The translations under genes were made by a program, and so were the position numbers. This document shows, piece by piece, positions 49,887 through 63,685 of a stretch of 64,000 nt of DNA. The notes beneath the pieces were generated by a model that made no database searches, was not told the DNA's origin, and saw only the letters and a list, made by a program, of their open reading frames with translations. Where the stretch lies: contig OZ024743.1 of NCBI GenBank assembly GCA_964016885.1, positions 262,942,001 to 263,006,000 on the forward strand, written 5' to 3'. Position 1 is the first letter of the stretch. Each line of letters starts with the position of its first letter. Source of the DNA: Eledone cirrhosa. Taxonomy: Eukaryota.

Positions 49887-51873
49887 GTAAGTAGAATCCT
49901 CTTTATTTATTCATATTTATTTAGATAGGCAGTATCGGTAGAGAGTCGGACACCATGCCTTGCAGCATAGAGTTACGGCCCTTTATGATCTGTGTTCAAA
50001 TCCTGCTGAGGTTAACTTTGCCTTTCATCCTTACGGGGTCGATAACATAAAGTACCAGTAACGCACTGGGGTCGATTTAATCGACTTTCCCCTCCTCCAA
50101 AATTGCTGGCTTTGTGCTTATATAAGAAACCATTTATTCATATTTATTTAGATAAGAGTTATTTAACAGATGTTCTAGATGAAATATTCGGGATTACTTA
50201 TGTGGGGATTTAACAACATCTCTTTACATTCTAAATTCAAATCTTTCCATGGGTGATTTGCCTTTAAATCTCTAGGGTTGGTAAAATAGTACCAGTTAAG
50301 TATTGCGGTGATATTAATTAACTATTGTTTCCAGACCCACCAAAAAATGTATGACCTTGTGTCAAAGTTAGAAATGATTTTTTTTTATAAACATTAATTT
50401 TAATGTTTGGCATATATAGATATATGTATGAATATACATGCATGTGCGCACACACACGTTTTCAAAATGTTTATTTACTAAACATACCATATATCTTTAG
50501 ATATACAAAATTCACATACATGTATGTATACAACTATGCCGAAGCTAAATTTTAATTCTACTTTTAAGTTGAGCCAACTTATACAGCTTCATATGCAAAT
50601 GAGGTAAACCCGCCCACATGCATAGGTGAAAATACTATATATTTTCGCCTATTTCAAGTTCCAACAGAAAACAAGAGGATGCACTGTACTCATGAGAGCC
50701 GGAAGCTTGAAATGCATTGATAGTTATCCTCCGCTGCTTCTGCTGGAACCTGCTAGATGGCACTGGGTGTCGGCCTTTCAATTCATAGCTGGACTTTCAA
50801 AATGTTTATTTACTAAACATACCGTATATCTTTAGATATACAAAATTCACAGGCATGTATGTATACAGCCATGCCGAAGCTAAATTTTAAATCATCATCA
50901 TCATCGTTTAACGTCCATCTTCCACGCTTGCAATATATATATATATATGTATAAGAAAATGAGGTTTTTTTTTTTTTAAATGAAAAAAATACGAGATGTC
51001 CTACACAAGTGAAAGTATAAGGAAAAGAAATCGAAAATGTAACTGGAGTCTTTTTAAGAATATTTATTTGTTTCCTTTACCAGTTTTACAGTTCTTATGC
51101 TTTTCAAAAGTAGAATTGAGATGGAGGGTTTGTGGTTTTTATATATATATATATATAGGCAACACAGTAAAAACCTCCCAGTCCCACACTGTAAATGTGT
51201 TTGGTATTAGGAAGGGCATCCAGCTGTAGAAAACCCGCCAGACAGTCCACGCTCTAAATGTGGCCGTGTAGGCAACATGGTAAAAACCTCCCAGCCCCAC
51301 ACTGTAAATGTGGTTGGTGTTAGGAAGGGCATCCAGCTGTAGAAAACCCGCCAGACAGTCCTATGCGAGCAAGACAACCACTCTTGCCTCAAGTGGGAAA
51401 ACTCCCGTCCAAACCCATGCAAGCGTGGAACATGGACGTTAAACGATGATGATGATGATGATTTATTTATATGTATGCAAAATGCAAACAAATAACAAAG
51501 CAAATGACACAGTACCATATACTAGTTTTATGCTTGATATAGTAGGAAAAGTGTCTTAATGTTGCAGATGCTAGTCTTTCATGAGAAATTAAAGAAATAG
51601 AAAGATAGATGAGAGTGGGCAGTGGCAGAAACAGAAAAAAAAATTTCTTTGAGAAAAGACAGGTCTATTCAAGTCGCTATCTCTTGGAAAACTGTAGAAT
51701 CTGGCATTGGTGTATAAGAAGTCCAGCTGGTTATGTTTTAAAAGGCGGTGATTAAAGTTGAAAAGGAAAAAAATATTGTTTTGTATACAGAGCATGTAAA
51801 CTGAAGTTTTATGGAGCTTTGTACTAAGAAACATTGATATATATTTTACATGTATTGATTAAACCTCAAATTA

Positions 51874-51944
<71 letters not shown>

Positions 51945-52188
51945 AAAAATACAGTGCTTATACATCAACATACTGCTCTGCTTACTAATGTGCACGTATT
52001 CAGCTTTATAAAATTTTCCAAAAGACATGCAGGAGGCTGGCAGTTTTAAAGAGCCACTGTCAAAAACACAATTCACTTTTAAATAGTCAGGAATGCCTTC
52101 CTTTGACACGTGTCAAAGTAGAGAGAGAGAGACCCACACAAACCCATACATACAGACATAATTTTGTGTGTGTGTATGTGTATATATA

Positions 52189-52242
<54 letters not shown>

Positions 52243-52472
52243 GTATTTATGAAATTACCTGATGTTGTGTTATTAAGCGATACACAATTTGAATTAATTA
52301 TGGTTGTCCTCTCTCACTCAATGAAACAAGTAATGAATTTGAATCAGAGTGCATTCTTTTAGAATTTAGTGGGGGCACAAATAAAATATCAAAGTAAACC
52401 TATATAGAAATAGCTGTTGCTTCACTATCATTTGCTATTACCTTTTACCAAAACCATGTCTTTTATTTTCAG

Positions 52473-52563
52473 TTATGGCATTGGTAGGAGTTGGCTGTGT
52501 GGCCTTCTTTTTCAGCTTGTTGTTGTCCATTTTCCGTTCCAAGTACCATGGTTATCCTTATAG
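52473..52563 (+). CDS. TUSC3: TUSC3/MAGT1-like exon '9' (91 nt): (I)[29 protein letters not shown]+AG (last TM)
   Basis: ttttattttcag acceptor and AG|gtatgt donor. Carries the [18 protein letters not shown] signature. Confidence 0.97.
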
Positions 52564-53286
52564 GTATGTACCACAGCATTGTTTGTCTTTGTTGATGTGT
52601 TTTTTTTTTTTAGCAAGCTAAAGAATATGTACTATGTTTCATGTTTTTGTTTTTTATTAAGATACATTTTTTTTCATTTCAACCTCTTAGTAATTGGAAT
52701 GGTTTTGTAATTTTGAAGAGATCAGAATGAGATTTTACATTTCACGATTAAAATTAGAACGAAAACTAAGAGATTTCTCTCCTTACTTTGGGTGAAATTA
52801 AATTAATTGCAACAAATGATGCACTATGCTTTCATAGAAGACTCAGCTTTGAGTATATATATACACTGTAAATGTGGTTGGTGTTAGGAAGGGCATCCAG
52901 CTGTAAAAAACCCGCCAGACAGTCCACGCTGTAATGTGGCCGTGTAGGCAACACGGTAAAAACCTCCCAGCCCCACACTGTAAATGTGGTTGGTGTTAGG
53001 AAGGGCATCCAACTGTAGAAAACCCGCCAGACAGTCCTATGCGAGCAAGACAACCACTCTTGCCTCAAGTGGGAAAACCCCCGTCCAAACCCATGCAAGC
53101 GTGGAACACGGACGCTAAACCTGATGATGATGATGATGATGATGATGATATATAGAGGGTGGTCCATGTTTGGTTTGCTGAATTTAGAGGGTGGGCCAGA
53201 GGTTGGTTTATCTCATGAGTGTAGGTTGGTGTTCAGTTTAGGGTGTTTGCTACGTGTCTTATAGACTGATTGGCGAAATAACAGTG

Positions 53287-53324
<38 letters not shown>

Positions 53325-53457
53325 TATAATTTTTATAATGTGTTAACCAACTAGAGTTGTCCAATCGACACTCCAACCAGTTAACAGTGATACTAATAGA
53401 ATAAAGCACTTAATGATGTGTACAAATCCAAATTCGTTGTGCTAGTTCAAAGCAGTA

Positions 53458-53903
53458 TATACAGACAGAACAGTAAATATTAGCAAAGGTCATATGAAGT
53501 TGTGCATAAATTTATTCAGCTATTATACATATTTTGTTGAGGCTGATTAGATGGTGTGATTTCCACATAGCTAATGGCCTGGGTTCATCAGATAGCAATA
53601 AAGGTTAAAAACAAGCAACTTCTAAATTTTTTTGATACAAGGGGCTGGCATATAGCCTCTTGCCATTAAGCTAGATGGCCAGCTTAATAGCAACAGGTTT
53701 TATGCTGGCCCCTTGTATTGAAAAAATTTAGAAGATGCTTGTTTTTATTTTTGATCTCTTATTGCTATCTGATACACCTAGGCCATCAGCTATTTGGAAA
53801 TCACACCACCTAGTCGTCGACCCCAGCAAAATATGTATAATAGCTGAATAAATTTATGCACAACTTCATTGGCCTTTGCTAATATTTACTGATTTACTGT
53901 TCT

Positions 53904-53910
<7 letters not shown>
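53458..53910. repeat. Long imperfect inverted repeat (foldback/MITE-like), arms about 215 bp
   Basis: Arms pair around a short loop at about 53673-53680 (ATTAAGCT...AGCTTAAT). Confidence 0.88.
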
Positions 53911-53954
<44 letters not shown>

Positions 53955-53957
<3 letters not shown>

Positions 53958-56390
53958 GAGGGTCATATTTGTGTAATATTGCCAGAATTAATAACAGAAC
54001 ACACTCACTGTTTGGTTGGTATGCGGAGCAAATATAGCAAATATAGCTAGCAACTACAGGATCTCCTACTTCCTCTCAATGGTTATACGCCCCATAATCA
54101 AGATGTCCCCAGATGTATGTGACAGTACAGAGGACCTCCTCAGCAGAATCAGTGAGTGCAACAAAAACAGGAACCTATCCAACTGCATAATAGGCAGTAT
54201 GGATGTGGTATCACTGTACTCATCCATTAACATTGATTTTGCTGTGGAAAAATGTGTGGAGATGATCATTGAGAGTGAGGTGGAGTTCTGCGACGTCGAC
54301 ACAGACGAACTGGGCCTCCTACTTAGACTTACCTACGACACTGACTACTTAGACGTTTCTGCCCAGTAGACCCATAAGAGGTAGACACCCCCACCATAAC
54401 CTCAATGGCTAAAAAGACTCCCATAGGAAGGTGGATTGGGTGGACCAAACCTATACAGACCCCCCAAAACAATGATCAGGTAAGAAAAATTGTCGCACAT
54501 GCAATAGGGGCTAGTATCAAAACTACCCTAAAGGGCCACATATTCAAGTTCAACGAGAAGATCTACACCCAAAATGAGGGAGCAGCCATTGGCGTCAGCA
54601 TAGCTGGTGACGTTGCCAACCTTTTTATGGTATGGTGGGAAAGGAGACTTAAAGATCTCCTTGATGGGAGCTCCATAGACATCATCATGTACTCTCGTTA
54701 CGTAGACGATATCAATATAGTTATAAGAACATCCCCACAAGAAAGCACGAACAAGTTTGATTTAGAACGTAGCACAATGGAAAGCATCCAGCAGATAGTT
54801 AATTCCATACACCAGAGTATAACTGTAACTATCAACTACCCTTCCAAACACCCTAACAATAGACTACCTGTATTAGACACGGAACTCTGGATTAACACTA
54901 TAGACGAGAGAGCCCAAATTCTCCACTCACACTATGCTAAACCCATGGCCTCCAAATACCTGATACTCAAAAACTCAGCAATGTCCAATAGTGCTAAGTT
55001 TAATATTCTGATCGCAGACTTGGTACGAGTGATGAAGAACGTGTCCCGCATGTGCGACCCAACTGAAATGGAAAAACACATCCAACACTTCATCAAATGC
55101 ATGCAGTTCTCTGGCTACAACCAAAGAGACAGAATCAGAGTATACGAAGGAGCCACGGAGAAGTATAAGACCCTCATAGAACTGGACATGAAAGGAATTT
55201 GCCCATTATACAGGAGCAAATTATGGAATAGCTTAGATAGGGCTAGACATAAGATAGGGAAAGCCACCTCATGGTACGACAACCAGAGATACCAGAGTGT
55301 CATGTTTGTGGACGCTACCCTGGAGGGAAATGAGCTAACCAGTGTAGAAAAGCGCTGAGAAAGACCCACTTAAAGATTAAGGTGGTAGAAAAGCCAGGAA
55401 CCACCATAAAATCCCTGATCAGCAAAACCTACCCTTTTAAGAAAACCCACTGTACTAATAGGAAATGTATCATATGTAAAGTAAACCCCCGGATAAACTG
55501 TAAAACTAGAAACGTAGTCTATAGCAAAAGATGAACAGAGGGTACTTGCAGAAACATGACAACAACATACATAGGCGAGACAGCTCGTAGCATAGGTGAA
55601 AGGATAGACCAACACTGGGGGGAACTAAAAGGACGAAAAAACAGTTCAGTACTATACGAACATGCCAGACAACAACATGACGGTAACATAGACAACATAG
55701 AAATTAGAATAATATCTAAACATAGAAATGACCCAGCAGATAAGCAAATCAGAGAGGCCAGTGAAATAGAACTTAGAAGGCCAAGGCTAAACAGAAAAAA
55801 TGAATGGAATAACAACAACACCCAAACAAACAACACTGACCTAAGAGAAGTATAAATAAATAAATAAATACATATACAAGCACAATAACAACAAACATAT
55901 ATAAACACACACTAGTAAAGATAGAATACATTAACCAATACACAGTCACCCAAACATGAACACACATCAAACAAAACACTATACACACACGCAAACGCAT
56001 GCGCAAAGAAGACAAAAAAAACAAAACAAATAAATAAATATATAAACAGACTAAATAAAGATGGCGTAGACATACGATGCAACGGGAGGAAACAATAGCA
56101 CCACTGACGATGTTACAGATGTGCAACGAAAGAACCTTGATAGACTATATATATGTGTTTGTGTCTATATTGTATCTGTATTTTTGACCGTTGGTCAGTC
56201 AATGGCAACATTGAGGACCGAATAAATTAAATTAACCGATATAAAAGACAAAAGCGAAAACCAACCAAACAGTGTGTTCTGCTATTAATTCTGGCAATAT
56301 TACACAAATATGACCCTCCCCAAGTATAACAATATTTGTTTCGACACACGATTTCATATCAAAACCTCGCAAAACTAATTCATCGCCGTT
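53955..56390 (+). mobile_element. 5'-truncated Penelope-like element (RT, Cys-rich linker, GIY-YIG endonuclease; Neptune-like), frameshifted
   Basis: SMDVVSLY, QNEGAAIGV, SRYVDD, LPVLD, CTNRKCIIC linker, YIGETARSIGERIDQH. Inserted in (TA)n. 53955-54020 is an inverted copy of 56260-56321. Confidence 0.92.
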
Positions 56391-57359
56391 ATATATATAT
56401 ATATATGGATGGGGAGGGGGGGATTGGTGGTAGCTCAGTGCTTCAAACAAAAATGATTGGTTTAATGGCAACTTATAAAATTTCTCACAAATGAAGGGTA
56501 TGTGAAATAAATTTAATCCCATGTAGTTTTAAGAAGTATTGTAGCTGACTAATATATTGGTTGTCTTTTAGAACAGCTGTAAAACTGCAATCAAACCTTG
56601 ATTTATGATTAAAGCCATTAGCTATTGCAAGAGATTGTTATCTTCTAGACAAACAAGGCATTAAATGAGGATTTTCAGTCCACCTGCAGTAATTCATGAT
56701 CCTGAATCAATAAATTCAAGAAAATATTCTTGTAACTTAATGATTTCTTAGATAATAAGTTGTAGATATTAAAAATCAGTCCATAGATATTATCTGGTAA
56801 ATATGAGACAGTTATTGTCTTTAAGAATCCTCGTTCTATAAGTTTTTTTTTATACTTATGAAATGTATGCTAGAGGGCAGTGGATTGCCAGTCATTAGAT
56901 TGTCAGACAAAATACTTTGTTGTAATTAGTAATGGCTTTCTATAATCTGAGTTCAAAATCCTGCCCAGGTCAGCTTTGCCTTTCCTTATTCTGAGGTTCT
57001 ATAAAAAAAAAAAAGTACCAGTAAAGTACTAGGGTTGATATAATCGACTTTATACCCCAATTGTTAGCCTTGTCCAATTTTAGAAAGAATTATTAAATAT
57101 ATTCTAAAGGGATTCGATATATTCTTGTTTTAGCGTAGGCACCGTCATAGTACCAAGCTCCTAGCAATCTGAAATTGTGTAACACCACTTCAGTTCACAG
57201 TTTGAGTCACTTTGGAAAAGGTCGAACGTTACAATAAATACCCTCCACTCTCTTCAAAATTATTGATTGTTACTTCCTAAAAATTCTGCAATATACAATG
57301 AAGATATTGATTTACCAATGTTACTGTGACAGATGGTGTTTATAAAATAGCATAATTAT

Positions 57360-57400
<41 letters not shown>

Positions 57401-57729
57401 GTGGACACGTGATGTCAATAATGGCAACAAAAATATTGAATGTATTTATTACTTGGTTTTGGGTTCAGTCCTCTATTGCATGTATCTTTTAGTAATAGCC
57501 TCTAGTTAACCAATGACTTGTAAGGGAAATCTGGTAGATAGAAATTGTGCGGAAGCCCATCGTATATGTTTGTATGTGTGTGTTTATGTTTACTGTTTGT
57601 TGAAATGCTAAGTTATGGGACATAAATAGAAATCAGTAAAATAAGTAGCAGATTTGGACAAAACAAATACTGGGGCTGATATGTTTGACTACCTCTCTTG
57701 AAGGTGGTGCATTGAAATTAGTAAAAAAC

Positions 57730-58301
57730 AAATATGTGAAAGAGCACACTAAAGAATAGAAAGCTACTGGAGTAAAGTGAATTCCTATTTTGAAAAGAAT
57801 GCACAGTAGTAGAAAAGATATTCAAGCAAAACTTTCTGTGACCTCTGTAGTGCTATTACAGGTCAATACATGACGTGGGCCCCTATTCAGTCAATAATGA
57901 TGGTAATAGCATTGAATGTATTTCATTTTTGGAGTCCAAGGTTGGTGTGCCACATATATATATATATATGTATACCGTCTATGATGATATATATATATTA
58001 TATCATCATCATTATCATCATATAATGTGAATTTTCCACGCTAGCATGGGTTAGACGGTATACATATATATATATATATGGCACACCAACCTTGGACTCC
58101 AAAAATGAAATACATTCAATGCTATTACCATCATTATTGACTGAATAGGGGCCCACATCATGTATTGACCTGTAATAGCACTACAGAGGTCACAGAAAGT
58201 TTTGCTTGAATATCTTTTCTACTACTGTGCATTCTTTTCAAAATGGGAATTCACTTTACTCCAGTAGCTTTCTATTCTTTAGTATGCCCTTTCACATATT
58301 T
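57730..58301. repeat. Near-perfect inverted duplication (about 250-bp arms) around an antisense RTE 3' tip
   Basis: 57730-57981 vs 58052-58301. The spacer contains CATCATCAT...TTCCACGCTAGCATGGGTTAGACGG. Confidence 0.93.
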
Positions 58302-58355
58302 TTATCAACAAAGCACAAATAAATGTTTTACCATCTTAAGAGTTATCTTAATGTG

Positions 58356-58556
58356 AATTATAGGATTTCTCTTATGCAAACCATTAACTTACCAAAGAAC
58401 AAATTTATCAGTTTGTATGATCAGGCTATATATAAATATCATCATATATATATACGAGGAGATGACGAAGGACCGTGAGAAGTGGAGAGATGCTGTGCTG
58501 AATAGGACCCGTCCAACCCTTGCAAGCAGGGAAAAGTGGACGTAAAATGATGATGA

Positions 58557-58598
<42 letters not shown>

Positions 58599-58682
58599 AT
58601 ATTTATATATACCCTGATAATACAAACTGATAAATTTGTTCTTTGATAAGTTAATGGTTTGCATAAGAGAAATCCTATAATT
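58356..58682. repeat. Inverted duplication (about 98-bp arms) around a sense LINE/SINE 3' end
   Basis: 58356-58454 vs 58585-58682. The spacer is an RTE-type 3' end with a (GAT)n tail running into (TA)n. Confidence 0.9.
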
Positions 58683-60287
58683 TATGTTGACTATGGACAT
58701 GTGGCAGTGATTAAAGATAAGAATAATATTTTAATCATGTATTTCTAGGATATGATTATATGAATGTTCAGGAATATACAAACACATATAGCATATCTAG
58801 GGAAGTAGATTGGCAGTATTGGTAGAGTGTTGGACGATATGCTTTGTGGCATATAGTTACATCCCTTTGCATTCTGAGTTCCTTTCTCGCTGAGGTTAGC
58901 TTTGCCTTTCATATGTGGTCAATAAAATAAAGTACCAGTTATGCATTGGAGTCAATTTTATCAACTTTCCCCTTCCCTTCAAATTGCTGACCTTATGTCA
59001 AAAGTAGAAACAATTATTATTATTAAAATGCTTTGTAGGATTTAGTTAACAGCTTTCTGCATTCTGAGTTCAAATCCTGCTGAGGTCAACTTTTCATCCT
59101 TGGTTGATAAAATAAAGTACCTGTTAAGTACTGGGGTTGATATAATTAACTTTCTCTTTCTCCCAAATTGCTGGCCATTGCTACAAAGAATTATTATTGT
59201 TATTGACTACGAATGAGGAAGCCACTCTCTTTTTGGGCTCTGGAATTTCTGAGCGAAAATGTATTGTTCCTAAATGGAGGTTTGTTGTCAGTCTCGTAGA
59301 GAAGCTCACCTTCTCCTCCTTGGTGAGGTTTTCCATTTCTTTTATTCCCACACACCCCTCTAGAGGGAGGAGAATCATTTCCAGTAATTTTGTGACTTGA
59401 AAATTTTCATTTTTCTTGAGAGAGAAAAAAAAAGATGGATATGTTTGTCAAAATAATGTTTGACAGGACAATTGGTGTTTGGAAGGGTGCTCTACTATAG
59501 AAACCATGCTAAATATGGAAGATATGAACAAGATGAAGACTTGCAAACTTGCCTCATCTTAGACTCAGAAAGTAAAAACAGGCGAGAAAACATAAGTAGA
59601 AAATAGAGGAAAGGCTGGGGAGAGAGAGAGAGAAGCATCACTGGCACTTTAGTTGAGCCCATTGATAGTAATGATAATTGTGAAAAATGCAGCAGAGGCT
59701 AGGGAAAATAATGTTAGTGTTAATACAATGTGTTAAAACTATTTACAGCAATAATAACAGCAGCAGCAGCAAGTACAATAATAGTTAGAATAGGTTAATG
59801 CTGTGTTAATACAATGTATTAAGAAAACTATTGACAGCAACAAGTACAATAATAGTATTAATACAATAAGTTAAATATACTATTTACAACAGCAACAGAT
59901 AAAGACAGGCCAGAACTTTATTTCACATGTCTGCACACTACTATGTGTGCCATATACCTTATGGTACCAGTACTCAAGAGATCATCATGCCCTTGACACA
60001 CAGTTTTCTCTATCCTATTTTTGGCAAGTTTTCTCTGGCTGGATGCCCTTCCTATCACTAACCACTTTACAGAGTGTACCGAGTGCATTTTATCCTTTCA
60101 CCAACACCAAAAAGATTATTGTATCCTTGACATAACTGATGAATCCTCTCAATATTTTTTTTTTTTTTTGGCATGGTTTCTATAGCTGGTTTCCTTTCCT
60201 ATCACTAACCACCCTTTCTCTTTCTATCACCAACCACCCTACAAGGTCTGCTATTTATATATATATATATATATTTTATCTTTTCAG

Positions 60288-60303
60288 TTTCCTGTTCAAG
60301 TAA
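60288..60303 (+). CDS. TUSC3: TUSC3/MAGT1-like terminal coding exon: (S)FLFK*
   Basis: ttttatcttttcag|T TTC CTG TTC AAG TAA completes the phase-2 Ser codon and gives the family C-terminus GYPYSFLxK. Several AATAAA follow (about 60395 and 60542-60590). Confidence 0.85.
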
Positions 60304-60709
60304 GCAAACAAACTCTTCAAATAGGGGTTTGCTAGGTATGCTAGTGTTGGCTACTTCTTTCAAATCAGGCTGCTGTGAAAGTGGGGGAAAAACAAATAAA
60401 GCAAGCATTCTGTATTTTTCTAATGAAGCTTTTACAGGATATGCACATTGAAAACGTTCTTTTTTTTTTCGTCTACATTTTGTTGTCTCCTGTTTTTGAA
60501 TTCATAAAAAATATCATTTCCAAAATACTAAAAAAAACTAAAAATAAAAATAAAATAAAAAACATAGTGGTTTATTAAAAAAAAATAAATGTAAAAAAAA
60601 CAAAAAAAAACATTAATAGCCACTATCATATTTGTTGATAACATTTGTTTTATTTTGACTTTTTCTGTTTTCTTGTTTAATTTTATCCCCTCCTTGCATG
60701 ACCACCACA

Positions 60710-61475
60710 GTCACACCATAGCAATCACATTTATTACATCATCACCATGTCACCATACTCACCACCACATTATAACCATCACCACTATCACACAATCTCA
60801 CCATAACCATTACCACCATCTCACCATAGCCATCACCACCACCTCACCATAACCATCATCACTATCTCACCATAGCCATCGCCACTATCACACCACCACC
60901 ACCTCACCATAATCATCACCATCTCACCATAGCCATCGCCACTATTACACCACCACCATCTCACCATAGCCATCACCACCATCGCACCATAACTATCACC
61001 ATTATCACACCACCAACACCTCCACCACCACCATTATCACACCATAACCATCACCATTATCACACCACCACCACCATACCATAACTATCACCATTATCAC
61101 ACCACCACCACACCATAACCATCATCATTATCACACCACCACCACCCCATAACCATCATCATTATCACACCACCACACCATAACTATCATCATTATCACA
61201 CCACCACACCATCACCATTATCACACCACCACCACCACACCATAACTATCATCATTATCACACCACCACCACACCATAACTATCATCATTATCGCACCAC
61301 CACACCACCACCACCACAACCACACCATAACTATCATCATTATCACACCACCACTACACCATAACTATCATCATTATCGCACCACCACACCACCACCACC
61401 ACAACCACACCATAACTATCATTATCACACCACCACCATCACACCATAACCGCCACCACTACGACAACCCCACCA
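60710..61475. repeat. CAC/CAT-rich degenerate minisatellite
   Basis: ACCATAACTATCATCATTATCACACCACC-like units. Confidence 0.93.
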
Positions 61476-61984
61476 CTTAGAATAGACTTATATTGCGTTC
61501 CATGTATAAATGGCTGAGTGATTCACAAACATGTCTACCATTAACAATTCTCTGAAATTCAGTGTGACTCAGTATGTGCCAAAGATGGCCCTTTAAATTG
61601 TAGGTATAGTCAATCTGACGGACTTCCTAACAGTTTCTGTCTACGCACTTTCACTTACCAGGCATGGGTTGATCTGAAGTTATAATAATTGACACATAGC
61701 CTGGATACCATACATAGCCAAGATTGCATCCATAACCATACCATCACCCCACAACTATGATCATTGTCATTATCTACCAGCACCTTCTCTGTCACCACCT
61801 CAGCAGCATCACCACAATCTCCCCAGGAACAGTACCAGCACCACTACCATTATCTCACTGTCCTTCACCACCAGTGCCATCAACACCATCACTACCACCT
61901 TTACCACTACCATCACTATCATCAGCACAATTATCACCACCATCACCAATACTACTACTGACATCAACGCTATCACAACCACCA

Positions 61985-63075
61985 TTACCACTGCCTTCAA
62001 CAAAATTATCACCATCACTGCCATCAACATAATTATTACCACCAACACCACCACTGCCATCAACATAATTATTACCACCAACACCACCACTGCCATCAAC
62101 ATAATTGCCACCACCAACACCACCACTGCCATCAACATAATTGCCAACACCACCACTGCCATCAACATAATTGCCAACACCACCACTGCCATCAACATAA
62201 TTGCCACCACCAACACCACCACTGCCATCAACATAATTATTACCACCACCACCACCACTGCCATCAACATAATTATTACCACCAACACCACCACTGCCAT
62301 CAACATAATTGCCACCACCAACACCACCACTGCCATCAACATAATTATTACCGCCAACACCACCACTGCCATCAACATAATTGCCACCACCAACACCACC
62401 ACTGCCATCAACATAATTATTACCACCAACACCACCACTGCCATCAACATAATTGCCACCACCAACACCACCACTGCCATCAACAGAATTATTACCGCCA
62501 ACACCACCACTGCCATCAACATAATTGCCACCACCAACACCACCACTGCCATCAACATAATTGCCACCACCAACACCACCACTGCCATCAACATAATTAT
62601 TACCACCAACACCACCACTGCCATCAACATAATTGCCACCACCAACACCACCACTGCCATCAACATAATTACACCACCACCAACACCACCACTGCCATCA
62701 ACATAATTATTACTGCCAACACCACCACTGCCATCAACATAATTATTACCACCAACACCACTACTGCCTTCAACAAAATTGCCACCAACACCACCACTGC
62801 CAACACCACCACTGCCATCAACATAATTATTACCACCAACACCACCACTGCCATTAACATAATTATTACCACCAACACCACCACTGCCATTAACGAATTG
62901 CCACCACCAACACCACCACTGCCATCAACATAATTGCTACCACCACCACTGCCATCAAGACAATTGCCATCACCAACACCACCACAGCCATCAACATAAC
63001 TATCACCACCACCACTATTACTATCAACCCAATTACCATCACCACTATTACTGACATCAACACAATTATCACCAC
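61985..63075. repeat. 33-bp minisatellite (ACCACCAACACCACCACTGCCATCAACATAATT-type unit), degenerate edges from about 61740
   Basis: 11-codon periodicity, visible as the (MLMAVVVLVVAI)n ORF. Confidence 0.95.
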
Positions 63076-63488
63076 CCACTACTAATAGGTGACTATGCTC
63101 TCTTGTTATTTATACTTGGAAATATAATCATGATTATTTTTTTTCTCTTTAAGCATCTTTGTAAGTTGTTTTGTTTTTATAAATCCGGATATCCTCGTTT
63201 TATTCTTGAAACTACATCCAGGCCAGCTTTGCCTTTCATCCTTTTAAGGCCAACAAAACGTACCTGGCCTCGTGCCTTTGTTAGAAACTGATTGTTATTG
63301 AACGAAAGGCTTTGAAATATTTCTTTCTTACATTCTGAGTTCAAATCCTGCCAAGATCAATTTAGCCTTTCATCCTTTAAGGGTAGACAAAATAAAGTAC
63401 CAGTCAAGTACTGAGGTTGATTTAATCAACATTCCTCTGCACCAAAATGACTGGTCTTCTGTCTAAAGTAGAAATCATTATCATCACA

Positions 63489-63685
63489 TTAACCCTTTCA
63501 TTACCATATTTATAATGAAATACACTAAAATAATTATTTCATTATCAAGATAGTATTTGTAATATAATTTAACAAAAGGTTCTTATGTCAAATTATACTG
63601 GAAGATTTTAATGAAAATAGGAAACCTATGGTTTTGTTTTATAGAATCAGAGGTGGTTTTGAGTGGCTTGGTATCAAAAGGGTTA
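63489..63685. mobile_element. TTAA-flanked MITE with CCCTTT..TACCA terminal inverted repeats
   Basis: TTAA-CCCTTTCATTACCA...TGGTATCAAAAGGG-TTAA. Matching left and right halves also occur at about 40216-40313 and 43900-44025. Confidence 0.75.

Noticed and set aside
61809-63079. 285-aa and 136-aa repetitive ORFs
   Set aside because: Artefact of a 33-bp minisatellite.
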